DNA of 64,000 nt from contig OY760935.1 of assembly GCA_963664295.1 (NCBI GenBank), positions 973,604 through 1,037,603 of the forward strand. Reading direction: 5' to 3'. Below are positions 45,548 through 53,787 of this stretch, piece by piece. The DNA comes from Candidatus Altimarinota bacterium. GTDB taxonomy: Bacteria; Patescibacteriota; Gracilibacteria; CAIRYL01; GCA-016699755. Each line of letters opens with the position of its first letter. The first letter of the stretch is position 1. The position numbers and the translations under genes were made by a program. The notes below the pieces were generated by a model. It was not told where the DNA came from. It did no database searches and worked only from the letters and a program-made list of their open reading frames with translations.

Positions 45548-48226
45548 TTATTCACTAACAATAATAGTGACAGAAATTTGACCAACTTCATTGCCATAAA
45601 TACCAACACCAAGATTTTGCCAATTTTCTTCTAGTAAAATATTATCACTTTCTTGGTTATTAAGATTAATTTTTATTTCAGAAAAAGAGCTTATTAAAGA
45701 GCTAAATTGTTCAACTTTAAAAATTAAGGCACTGGATTTTGTTTGTATGCCAGCATTTTCCAGCAAGCTCTGTAAAGAGTCACCATCTGATGAGCTAAAA
45801 TCAAAAAAATCAGAGTCGCTCATTTTTTTTGACCAACTTTGAGCAATGCTCTGCAGGCTTACATTAGGTATTAAGGGGTTATTGCGAATATCATTTACAG
45901 TTTTTAAAATTTGATCTCTATAAGAAGCCAAATTGTTGTTATCAAACGGTTCTTCGGAAAAAAGTTCAACAACAATAATTTCCCCGCTTTCTCTTTTTGC
46001 TAAGCCAATGCCAACTTCTTGCCAGTTTTCATTAAGAATGTTGCGTCTGTGAATAGGACTACGCATTAAGCCATTATGAGCAAGGCTAAGGTTTATGTCC
46101 ATGGCAATATTTTCAAAAACACCGGTTTTTACTGCATGTTCAACACGATAATCATTTGCGTCTTTGCCATCAGGGTCTGTATGGGCAAAATAATTTCTTT
46201 CTTGCATGTCACTTGCTCTGAATTGAGCTAAGGCATTTAAATTATCATTAAGCTCAACTTTGGTCAGGCCAGCCTTTGCTCGGGAAGAGTTAACCATAGA
46301 TAATAATATTCTTCGATCTGCGCTAAGATTTATGTTTTCAAGAGGATCTTGTGGTTCAGACACACGATAATCTGGTAATAGTGGCACAAATCCTTTTTGT
46401 ACAACAGGTGCGTTAATAATTGCAAATCCACCAGTGTCATTGATTTCAATAATATAAGTTCCTACTTCTGTTGGTGCGTAATTAAAAACAAAATCATTAC
46501 CATCAATACTCAGGGGTACGTCAATAATTTTTTCACTAGGCGTTATAATTGTTGCATTTTCTTTGAGGTTTACAGGGCTTGTTCCAGATATTTTTAAGTT
46601 TTGATTTTGAACATAATAAGGAGGCAGGTTGAGGTTGTTTATTTGTTCTTCAACTATTCTTTCATGCTCAATTACAGCATAAAAATCAACACTTACTGCA
46701 TCAGAAAATGTTTTATTTTGGCTATTAGAAAGGCTGTTTTCAAGGGGTGCGCCAGCAATTTCTACTGTCATAAAGCCTTCCTGAAAATTCTCAAAAATTT
46801 CAGTTGGTGTTTGAAATGAGTTTTGATTATTAACAAAAATCTCTATTGTTTCATTTTCTTGTGTAAATCTGAGCCTAAAGAGCTGGTTCCAATCATCTTC
46901 CCAAGAAAAAATTGCTTTGCCATTAATATTTTTAATAACAAAATTAGCAGGTTTACTTTGTGATTGTTCCTCAAAGTTTGGTTCACAAATAGGATCATAA
47001 ACAGTGATAGAGCCTATTTTGCTTTGACCGCTTGTGCCAGGGATCATTGCAATTTCGTGTTCACCAGCTTCATCACTAAAAGTAATTTGCACTTCAAAAC
47101 TATTGTTATACACAAGGCCTGAATATGTTTTTTTATCAATAAAAACCGTCACTTCATCAGCTACAACACCCGACCCTAGTTCACCTTTTATGGTATAAAT
47201 TTCATTTTTTCTAAATATTTTTGGAATATCATTATCCAAAATTAAGTTATTAAAAAAATCTTTTTCCAATAAATCATTTTCTGTATTTATTTGGCAAATT
47301 TCTTTGGTTGGTATGCCTGCTGGTGTATCTTCGGGCAATTCTTTGAGTCGCACATTAGCAAGACCACGAGAAAGAGGATAAATTGCCTCAAAAGCTATTT
47401 CTGAGAGATCAATAATTCTTCCTTCTGCATAGGGCCCTCTATCATTTATTTTAACTATAACAGACTTATTATTGTCTTGATTTGTGACGAGTATTTTTGT
47501 GCCAAAAGGAAAGGTTTGATGAGCAGCGGTATATTTATCTTGATCAAAAACTTCTCCATTGGCTGTATTACGACCTTCGAAAAAATCGGCTAAATAACTG
47601 GCGCCACCTTCGTCCGGATGATCATTTTCTTTCCATTTTTCTAGCCTATAAAATATTTCCGCAAGCTCTCCTCTGGTCATATCCTTTGCAGGTTGGGCGT
47701 AGTTTGGGTTGTCAAAAAAATTATTATTTTTTGCAAAAGCAAAATAAGACGCAAACCATTCATCAGCACCAATATCTAAATAAGGACTTTTTTCCGGTTG
47801 TTCAAGCTGAATTCCGTTTACAAGAATTAGCATTTTTAATGCTTCAGCACGATTTACTGTGCGGGTTGGCTCAAAATATCCCTCAGCAGTTCCCTTGATA
47901 ACGCCAAGGTTTTTAGCCTTAAAAACATAAGGGCTAAACCACTCATCCCTTGGTACATCTGGAAAAGGTTTGTCCGCAGGAATTCCTTCTGCTTCAAGTC
48001 CAGAGCCAAGAATTAAAATTTTTAATGCCTCAGCACGATTTACTTTTTGATCTGGCTTAAAACTGCCATCAGAAAAGCCGTTCAGCACTCCTTGATCACT
48101 TAAATAAGTAATTGCAGTAAAGTTTGTGTGCTCTGGGCTAACATCGGTAAAAAATTTAGCACTAACTTGAGCAGGCAAAGTTAGTGAAAATATTATTCCA
48201 AAAATAATTATAATTTTTTTCTTCAT
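45548..48226 (-). CDS. SLH-anchored multidomain wall protein: 3 N-terminal SLH motifs, RlpA-like double-psi beta-barrel, central Ig-like region, two CAP/SCP (YkwD-like) domains
   Basis: Signal peptide. SLH motifs (FTDV...VNRAEALKIL, FPDV...VNRAEALKML, YLDI...MTRGELAEI). RlpA motif (FEGRNTANGEVFDQDKYTAAHQTFPFGTKILVTN...VKINDRGPYAEGRIIDLSEIAF). CAP motif (NSSRAKAGLTKVELNDNLNALAQFRASDMQERNYFAHTDPDG). Confidence 0.8.
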   Translation of the reverse strand: MKKKIIIIFGIIFSLTLPAQVSAKFFTDVSPEHTNFTAITYLSDQGVLNGFSDGSFKPDQKVNRAEALKILILGSGLEAEGIPADKPFPDVPRDEWFSPYVFKAKNLGVIKGTAEGYFEPTRTVNRAEALKMLILVNGIQLEQPEKSPYLDIGADEWFASYFAFAKNNNFFDNPNYAQPAKDMTRGELAEIFYRLEKWKENDHPDEGGASYLADFFEGRNTANGEVFDQDKYTAAHQTFPFGTKILVTNQDNNKSVIVKINDRGPYAEGRIIDLSEIAFEAIYPLSRGLANVRLKELPEDTPAGIPTKEICQINTENDLLEKDFFNNLILDNDIPKIFRKNEIYTIKGELGSGVVADEVTVFIDKKTYSGLVYNNSFEVQITFSDEAGEHEIAMIPGTSGQSKIGSITVYDPICEPNFEEQSQSKPANFVIKNINGKAIFSWEDDWNQLFRLRFTQENETIEIFVNNQNSFQTPTEIFENFQEGFMTVEIAGAPLENSLSNSQNKTFSDAVSVDFYAVIEHERIVEEQINNLNLPPYYVQNQNLKISGTSPVNLKENATIITPSEKIIDVPLSIDGNDFVFNYAPTEVGTYIIEINDTGGFAIINAPVVQKGFVPLLPDYRVSEPQDPLENINLSADRRILLSMVNSSRAKAGLTKVELNDNLNALAQFRASDMQERNYFAHTDPDGKDANDYRVEHAVKTGVFENIAMDINLSLAHNGLMRSPIHRRNILNENWQEVGIGLAKRESGEIIVVELFSEEPFDNNNLASYRDQILKTVNDIRNNPLIPNVSLQSIAQSWSKKMSDSDFFDFSSSDGDSLQSLLENAGIQTKSSALIFKVEQFSSLISSFSEIKINLNNQESDNILLEENWQNLGVGIYGNEVGQISVTIIVSE

Positions 48227-48275
48227 TTTTTAGGTGTTTTTACTTCTTTGGTATTGTTTCATAAATACTTTATTC

Positions 48276-48304
48276 TTGCAATAAAAGCTGTTTTTCGGTA
48301 TTAT
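48276..48304 (+). promoter_or_regulatory. Putative promoter of the pilT pair (TTGCAA-N17-TATTAT)
   Basis: TTGCAA at 48276-48281, a 17-nt spacer and TATTAT at 48299-48304, 20 nt before ATG 48324. Confidence 0.4.
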
Positions 48305-48323
48305 TATCTAATACAAAAACAAA

Positions 48324-49385
48324 ATGAACTTAGATATTTTTGAGATATTAAATAAGGCATATGAGTTAGGTGCTTCTGATATTCACATTAGCACCAAAGA
48401 AAAGCCAATTTTTCGTTTGCATGGCACAACAGAGGCGCAAGATGATTTGCCAATTTTGAGCCTTGAAGACAGCAAAAGACTGATTGAACAAACAATGAAC
48501 GAAGAGCAAAAAAATATTTTTGCAGAAGAAAAAGATTTAGATTATGCAATTGAAATACCCGGAGTTGCCCGTTTTCGTGTTAATGCTTTTTTGACAACAA
48601 AAGGAGTTAATGCAGTTTTTAGAATTATTCCGTCCAAAATTATTACTTTTGACGAACTCAGATTGCCAGAAGTCTTAAGAAAAATTGTTGATTTACAAAA
48701 AGGCTTAGTTGTTGTGACAGGACCAACAGGAAGTGGTAAGTCAACAACACTGGCTGCTATAATTGATCTTATTAACAAAAAAAGAAAAGCACATATTGTG
48801 ACAATCGAAGATCCAATTGAGTTTGTTCATAAGCCACAAGAGTCAATTATTACTCACAGAGAAGTTGGTAAGCACACTAAATCTTTTGCTTCTGCCTTGA
48901 GGGTGGTGACAAGGCAGGACCCTGATGTGGTTTTGGTAGGAGAAATGAGAGACTTGGAAACTATTTCCTTGGCGCTTACCGCTGCGGAATCAGGTGCTTT
49001 GGTTTTTGGCACTTTACATACTGCCAGTGCAGCAAAAACAATTAACAGAATTGTTGATGTTTTTTCTGCTGAAGAACAAGATCAAATTCGCTCTATGTTA
49101 GCAGACTCAATGAAATTTATAGTTGCACAAGCATTATTAAAAAAAGTAGACGGCGGTAGAACAGGTGCATTTGAAATATTAATTGGTACGGACGCAGTGC
49201 GAAACCAAATTAGAAAGAATGAGGTTCATCAAATACCTCTTTCCATACAAAGTGGGCATGACGTAGGCATGCAATCAATAGACCAAAATTTATTTGAATT
49301 ATTAAGCAACAAGGAGGTCTCATATGAAGAAGCAATTGTCCATGCTGTTAATAAACCAAGCTTTGAACAGTTTAAGTCCTTATGA
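48324..49385 (+). CDS. pilT: Type IV pilus retraction ATPase PilT
   Basis: Walker A GPTGSGKSTTLAA, Asp box, Walker B VVLVGEMRDLETI, His box GTLHT and an AIRNQIR-like motif (AVRNQIRKNE). 353 aa. Confidence 0.9.
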   Translation: MNLDIFEILNKAYELGASDIHISTKEKPIFRLHGTTEAQDDLPILSLEDSKRLIEQTMNEEQKNIFAEEKDLDYAIEIPGVARFRVNAFLTTKGVNAVFRIIPSKIITFDELRLPEVLRKIVDLQKGLVVVTGPTGSGKSTTLAAIIDLINKKRKAHIVTIEDPIEFVHKPQESIITHREVGKHTKSFASALRVVTRQDPDVVLVGEMRDLETISLALTAAESGALVFGTLHTASAAKTINRIVDVFSAEEQDQIRSMLADSMKFIVAQALLKKVDGGRTGAFEILIGTDAVRNQIRKNEVHQIPLSIQSGHDVGMQSIDQNLFELLSNKEVSYEEAIVHAVNKPSFEQFKSL

Positions 49386-50566
49386 TTAACCAAGAAAATA
49401 ATGCAGGCGGAATTCACTTTAATACACCAGCCGAAGAAATGGGTGCTGGCGGAATTGTTTTCAATGAACCAGAACAAGCAGTGATAGATGGTGATCATTT
49501 GCCAACAGGCACAGGAGAAGTTTCCACAAAAGCACTTTTTGAATATGTACGCGCAAACCATGGCTCTGATTTACATATTGCTCCCAATAGTCCTCCTAAA
49601 ATACGACTATATGGTGAAATATTTTTAATTCCTGGTTATGAAAATTTAACAGAAGAAAATGTTTTTTCTTTGATTTATGAAACAATGGACGAAGAAACAA
49701 AAAAAGAATTTACAGCAGAAAATGACATTGATTATAGCTATGTTGATCCCGAAAAGAAGCGATATCGCTGTAATGCCATGATGAGCTTGGCTGGTCCTGC
49801 GGGTGTTTTTCGTTTAATTACTGATAATATTAAAAGTTTTGAAGAATTAGGTTTACCAGAAAGCGCAAAAAGAATAAAGGCTTTACGAAAAGGGCTTGTT
49901 TTAGTGACAGGACCTGCTGGTTGTGGAAAATCAACCACGCTAGCAACCTTAGTTGACATGATTAATACAGAGCATGATGGACACATTTTAACAATTGAAG
50001 ACCCAGTAGAGGTTTTACACAAATCAAAAAAAGCATTAGTAAATCACAGAGAAGTTGGCAGACACACTAATTCGTTTTATCGAGCTCTAAAATCTGCACT
50101 CAGAGAAGACCCCGATGTAATTATGATTGGTGAAATGAGAGACCTGGAAACTATTTCTTTGGCACTCACCGCCGCGGAAACAGGACATTTAGTCTTTGGC
50201 ACTTTGCATACTTCAAGTGCACATAAAACAATTACCAGAATTATTGATGTTTTTCCAACAGGCAAAAAACAACAAATCATCACTATGCTTTCTGAGTCTG
50301 TTCAGTGTGTAATTTCGCAAGTTTTATGTAAAAAGAAAAATGAGCCAGGACAAGTTCCTGCTTTTGAAATAATGTTTGGCACACCAGCTATTCGTAATTT
50401 AATTCGTACTAATAAAATTTTTCAAATTCCCTCAGCAGTTTCAGTTGGCATGCGAGAAGGCATGCACACGCTTGATCAGGCCTTGGAAAAATTAGTAAAA
50501 GAAGGAAAAATTAGTGCCGAAGAGGCAAAAAAACATGCTCACAATCCGCGAGATTTAAATATATAA
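49382..50566 (+). CDS. PilT/PilU-family ATPase paralogue with about 45-aa N-terminal extension
   Basis: GPAGCGKSTTLAT, VIMIGEMRDLETI, GTLHTSSA and AIRNLIRTNK. ATGA overlap with pilT. Confidence 0.85.
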   Translation: MINQENNAGGIHFNTPAEEMGAGGIVFNEPEQAVIDGDHLPTGTGEVSTKALFEYVRANHGSDLHIAPNSPPKIRLYGEIFLIPGYENLTEENVFSLIYETMDEETKKEFTAENDIDYSYVDPEKKRYRCNAMMSLAGPAGVFRLITDNIKSFEELGLPESAKRIKALRKGLVLVTGPAGCGKSTTLATLVDMINTEHDGHILTIEDPVEVLHKSKKALVNHREVGRHTNSFYRALKSALREDPDVIMIGEMRDLETISLALTAAETGHLVFGTLHTSSAHKTITRIIDVFPTGKKQQIITMLSESVQCVISQVLCKKKNEPGQVPAFEIMFGTPAIRNLIRTNKIFQIPSAVSVGMREGMHTLDQALEKLVKEGKISAEEAKKHAHNPRDLNI

Positions 50567-50626
50567 TCTAACGCCTTGCACTTTTTATTTTTGCGTGGCA
50601 AGATTTTCGAGACTCTTTGAAAAACT

Positions 50627-51829
50627 GTGAAAGAAAAATTTGCTTCCATAGAAGAAGCTTTAGCAGAGGTGAAGGCAGGAAAGCCAATTATAATTGTTGA
50701 TGATGAGGATCGTGAAAACGAAGGAGATTTAATGGTGGCTGGTGAAAAAATTACACCAGAAATAATCAATTTTTTTGCAAAACACGCTAGGGGGCTTGTT
50801 TGCACTCCTGTTGAGAAACCTATTTCTGACAGGCTAGACTTTCATCCAATGACAGAAAAGGCTGATGAAGATACTTGTAATTTTGCTATTTCTGTTGATG
50901 CAAGGAAGGGTGTTGATACTGGTATTTCTGCTGGTGACCGTGCTTACACAATTCAAAAAATTGTTGACGAAAGTTCTGTGGCAAAGGATTTTGTTCGTCC
51001 AGGACACGTTTTTCCTTTGAATGCAAAAGAAGGTGGAGTTTTAGTGCGTTGTGGTCATACCGAAGCTTCAATTGATCTTTGTAAATTGGCTGGATTTAAA
51101 GGCGTGGCAGTAATTTGTGAAATCATGAATGATGATGGCACGATGGCAAGAGTGCCAGATATTTTTCAGTTTGCTGAAAAACACGATGTAAAAGTGATGA
51201 CAATTTCCGACTTAGTGGCTTATAGAAGGCAAAAAGAAAAATTGGTTAAAAAAATATCTGAAGCAAGTTTGCCCACTGCCTTTGGCTATTTTCGTATTCA
51301 TGTTTTTGAGGAGCAAATCACAGGAAAAAACCATGTTGCTTTAACAATGGGCGATCTTGCGAACGCAGAAAATCCTTTAGTGCGTGTTCATTCTGAGTGT
51401 TTGACCGGTGATGTTTTTTATTCTTTGCGTTGTGATTGCGGTATTCAGCTTAAGCAAGCAATGCAAAAAATTGCAGAAGAAAAAACTGGAGTTTTATTAT
51501 ATATGAGCCAAGAGGGGCGCGGTGTGGGCTTGAGCAACAAAATATCGGCCTATCACTTGCAGGATCAGGGATTAGATACAGTTGAAGCCAATGAAGAATT
51601 AGGTTTTAAAAGTGACCTTCGTGATTATGGGATTGGTGCCCAGATATTAAAGGATTTTGGTTTGCAAAAAATTCGTCTTTTAACGAATAATCCACAAAAA
51701 ATAGTTGGACTTAAAGGGCATGGACTTGAAATAACAGAAAGAATTTCCATACAAGCCCCAATAACAAAAGAGAATGAGAATTATTTAAAAACTAAAAAAG
51801 ATAAAATGGGTCATCTTTTAGATGATTGA
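50627..51829 (+). CDS. ribBA: Bifunctional 3,4-dihydroxy-2-butanone-4-phosphate synthase / GTP cyclohydrolase II
   Basis: DDEDRENEGDL and GHTEASIDL (DHBP synthase). RVHSECLTGDVF...CDCG and EGRGVGL (GCH II). GTG start as in the track. Confidence 0.93.
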   Translation: MKEKFASIEEALAEVKAGKPIIIVDDEDRENEGDLMVAGEKITPEIINFFAKHARGLVCTPVEKPISDRLDFHPMTEKADEDTCNFAISVDARKGVDTGISAGDRAYTIQKIVDESSVAKDFVRPGHVFPLNAKEGGVLVRCGHTEASIDLCKLAGFKGVAVICEIMNDDGTMARVPDIFQFAEKHDVKVMTISDLVAYRRQKEKLVKKISEASLPTAFGYFRIHVFEEQITGKNHVALTMGDLANAENPLVRVHSECLTGDVFYSLRCDCGIQLKQAMQKIAEEKTGVLLYMSQEGRGVGLSNKISAYHLQDQGLDTVEANEELGFKSDLRDYGIGAQILKDFGLQKIRLLTNNPQKIVGLKGHGLEITERISIQAPITKENENYLKTKKDKMGHLLDD

Positions 51830-51884
51830 TTTGTTTTTTTGTAAAAAATCTTTAGAATAATAAAAGCCTTTTTAAATACACCTT

Positions 51885-51971
51885 ATGAAAATTAATTTCG
51901 ACGGTGGTTGCGGTGGAGGTTGCTGTGACTATCAAGGTGGTGGCTGTGGAGGTGGTTGTTGCGGTGAGTAA
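51885..51971 (+). CDS. Unannotated 28-codon Gly/Cys-rich sORF: MKINFDGGCGGGCCDYQGGGCGGGCCGE (candidate, unproven)
   Basis: Hand translation gives ATG 51885, double stop TAATAA at 51969-51974, 8 Cys and 12 Gly of 28, and GGCGGGCC twice. A possible promoter is TTGTTT(51831)-N16-TAGAAT(51853), and an intrinsic terminator follows 30 nt downstream. The patch is locally GC-rich in an AT-rich spacer. It is too short for the ORF track. Confidence 0.4.
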   Translation: MKINFDGGCGGGCCDYQGGGCGGGCCGE

Positions 51972-51996
51972 TAACCCTTTCTTATGAGTTGCCCAC

Positions 51997-52025
51997 AAAA
52001 AAAATCCGCCTAAGGCGGATTTTTT
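51997..52025. terminator. Bidirectional intrinsic terminator (serves the sORF and the convergent minus-strand gene)
   Basis: AAAAAAA, then stem ATCCGCC / GGCGGAT with loop TAA, then TTTTT. Confidence 0.7.
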
Positions 52026-52050
52026 AATACAAATTTATTTATTTATGTTT

Positions 52051-52650
52051 TTATGAAGCAAATCTTTCCAAAAAATAACTAACAATACTTGGTGCAGAAA
52101 AGCCAATTATTCCACCAATAATTGCGCCAATAATTGCCTTTTTAGCCTTTGACATTTTTTCTTCATTGCCAGCTGCGGTAGCAAACATAATTCCGCCCCA
52201 TGTCACAATAAGCACACAAATAGGACCCAAGATATAATAACCAAGTACATTAGTTGCATTTTGAATTATTTCACTTAAGTCTTTTGAATTTCCTCCAATT
52301 GAAATATTACCATCTTTGCCATCACAATTTTCATCAATTCCATTGTCCATTTTTTCAATAGCACCAGGGTTTATATCTGCACCTTTTACAGTACCACCAG
52401 TGATATCAGGGTTATAAACCTTGTTAGCATCAACCTGCGCAGGATCATCAGCATCAATAATAGGAAAATCGCAACGATATTCCTCAATTCCTTTTGAGCC
52501 AATAGCAGGCAAATCTTCGTTTGTACAACCTGTGCCATCATCGGCATAATAGCGATCTTTGTCTTGATCAACACATTCAGCTAAAGCCAAAGGAGCAACA
52601 AGCATAAAAGCTAGACAAGAAAAAGATAATAAAGAAATAATTTTTTTCAT
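52051..52650 (-). CDS. Secreted Cys-rich (MopE-like putative metal-binding repeat) domain fused to a VirB2/TrbC-like two-helix module, paralogue 3
   Basis: Signal peptide (...PLALAEC). CVDQDKDRYY...GC and INPGAIEKMDNGIDENCDGKDG resemble the 'putative metal-binding motif' repeat. The C-terminus ICVLIVTWGGIMFATAAGNEEKMSKAKKAIIGAIIGGIIGFSAPSIVSYFL matches the module at 18801 and 19542. Confidence 0.6.
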   Translation of the reverse strand: MKKIISLLSFSCLAFMLVAPLALAECVDQDKDRYYADDGTGCTNEDLPAIGSKGIEEYRCDFPIIDADDPAQVDANKVYNPDITGGTVKGADINPGAIEKMDNGIDENCDGKDGNISIGGNSKDLSEIIQNATNVLGYYILGPICVLIVTWGGIMFATAAGNEEKMSKAKKAIIGAIIGGIIGFSAPSIVSYFLERFAS

Positions 52651-52690
52651 ATTTTTTAATTAAACTAAAAATATTTTGAAGTTAAAGGGC

Positions 52691-53656
52691 TTAAATTGCA
52701 AGCCCAACTCTTTTTTTAATTAAATTCAGTTTTTCAGAAGCTATTTTTTGAGCTTTTTGAGCTCCATTTTGTAGTAATATTTTTACTTGTTCAGGATTTT
52801 TTGCTAATTCTTCTCTTTTTTCTCGATAAGGTTTTAGATAATCAAGCACTTTGTCAGCCAATTCTTTTTTCATGTCGCCATAACCTGTGCCACCTTTAAG
52901 AAATTTTTCTCTAAACAAGGACAATTCTTCGGAGTTCATAAATAATTTTGCAATGGCATAAATTATGTTTTCGTCAGGATTTTTTGGCTCATCTACTCCT
53001 TTTGAGTCGGTTTTAATTGACATTATTTTTTTGCGTAAATCTTTTTCAGGTGCAAATATTTCCAAAGTGTTTCCATAGCTTTTACTCATTTTTTGTCCAT
53101 CTATACCAGGAATTATGCCAGTTTCTTCTGATATTTTTACATCAGGTATTTTAAAAGTATCTCCATAGTTATTATTAAACTTTTGCCCAAGATCACGAGT
53201 CACTTCTACATGTTGTTTTTGGTCTTTGCCAACAGGCACAATATCTGCATCGTAAAGCAAAATATCTGATGCCATTAAAACAGGATAATAAAAAAGACCA
53301 ACATTAGCCTCCATTCCTTTGGCTATTTTGTCTTTATAACTATGACAACGCTCTAGTAAGCCCATTGGCGCAAGACAGCCAAGCGACCAGGCAAGCTCAG
53401 TGTGTCCCGTAATATCACTTTGTCGATAAAAAACAGCTTTTTCCGGATTAAGGCCTAAAGCAAGATAGTCTATTGCTACATTTAGAACATTTTTACTTAA
53501 TTCTTCGGCTCTATGAACAGTGGTCATAGCATGTAGGTCAGCAATAAAAATAAAAGCCTCATGTTCTTTTGATAGATTGATTACTGGCAACATGGCACCA
53601 AATAAATTTCCTATATGTGGCGTACCACTTGGTTGAATTCCTGTTAAAACTCTCAT
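52691..53656 (-). CDS. trpS: Tryptophan--tRNA ligase
   Basis: GIQPSGTPHIGN (HIGH-type), GKDQKQHVE and KMSKS. 321 aa. Confidence 0.93.
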   Translation of the reverse strand: MRVLTGIQPSGTPHIGNLFGAMLPVINLSKEHEAFIFIADLHAMTTVHRAEELSKNVLNVAIDYLALGLNPEKAVFYRQSDITGHTELAWSLGCLAPMGLLERCHSYKDKIAKGMEANVGLFYYPVLMASDILLYDADIVPVGKDQKQHVEVTRDLGQKFNNNYGDTFKIPDVKISEETGIIPGIDGQKMSKSYGNTLEIFAPEKDLRKKIMSIKTDSKGVDEPKNPDENIIYAIAKLFMNSEELSLFREKFLKGGTGYGDMKKELADKVLDYLKPYREKREELAKNPEQVKILLQNGAQKAQKIASEKLNLIKKRVGLAI

Positions 53657-53735
53657 TTCAAAAAATAAAATACTTTAATAATTTTACTTACTATCTTCAT
53701 AATAGGCAAAAAATTATTAAATTTAAGAAAAAAAT

Positions 53736-53764
53736 TTGACTAAACCGAATTTTTAAGTGAAAAT
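53736..53764 (+). promoter_or_regulatory. Putative guaB promoter (TTGACT-N17-GAAAAT)
   Basis: TTGACT at 53736-53741, a 17-nt spacer and GAAAAT at 53759-53764, 24 nt before ATG 53788. Confidence 0.4.
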
Positions 53765-53787
53765 ATTAGAAATTATTTTTTGAAATT

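Noticed and set aside
50567-50626. FMN riboswitch expected upstream of ribBA
   Set aside because: The intergenic region is only about 60 nt, and it shows none of the conserved FMN-element helices. It is too short for the roughly 130-nt or longer aptamer.
53657-53787. T-box leader upstream of trpS (and of valS at 27086-27162)
   Set aside because: The spacers are about 130 nt (shared with the divergent guaB promoter) and 77 nt, and both are extremely AT-rich. No specifier or T-box sequence (AGGGUGGNACCGCG-like) is visible.
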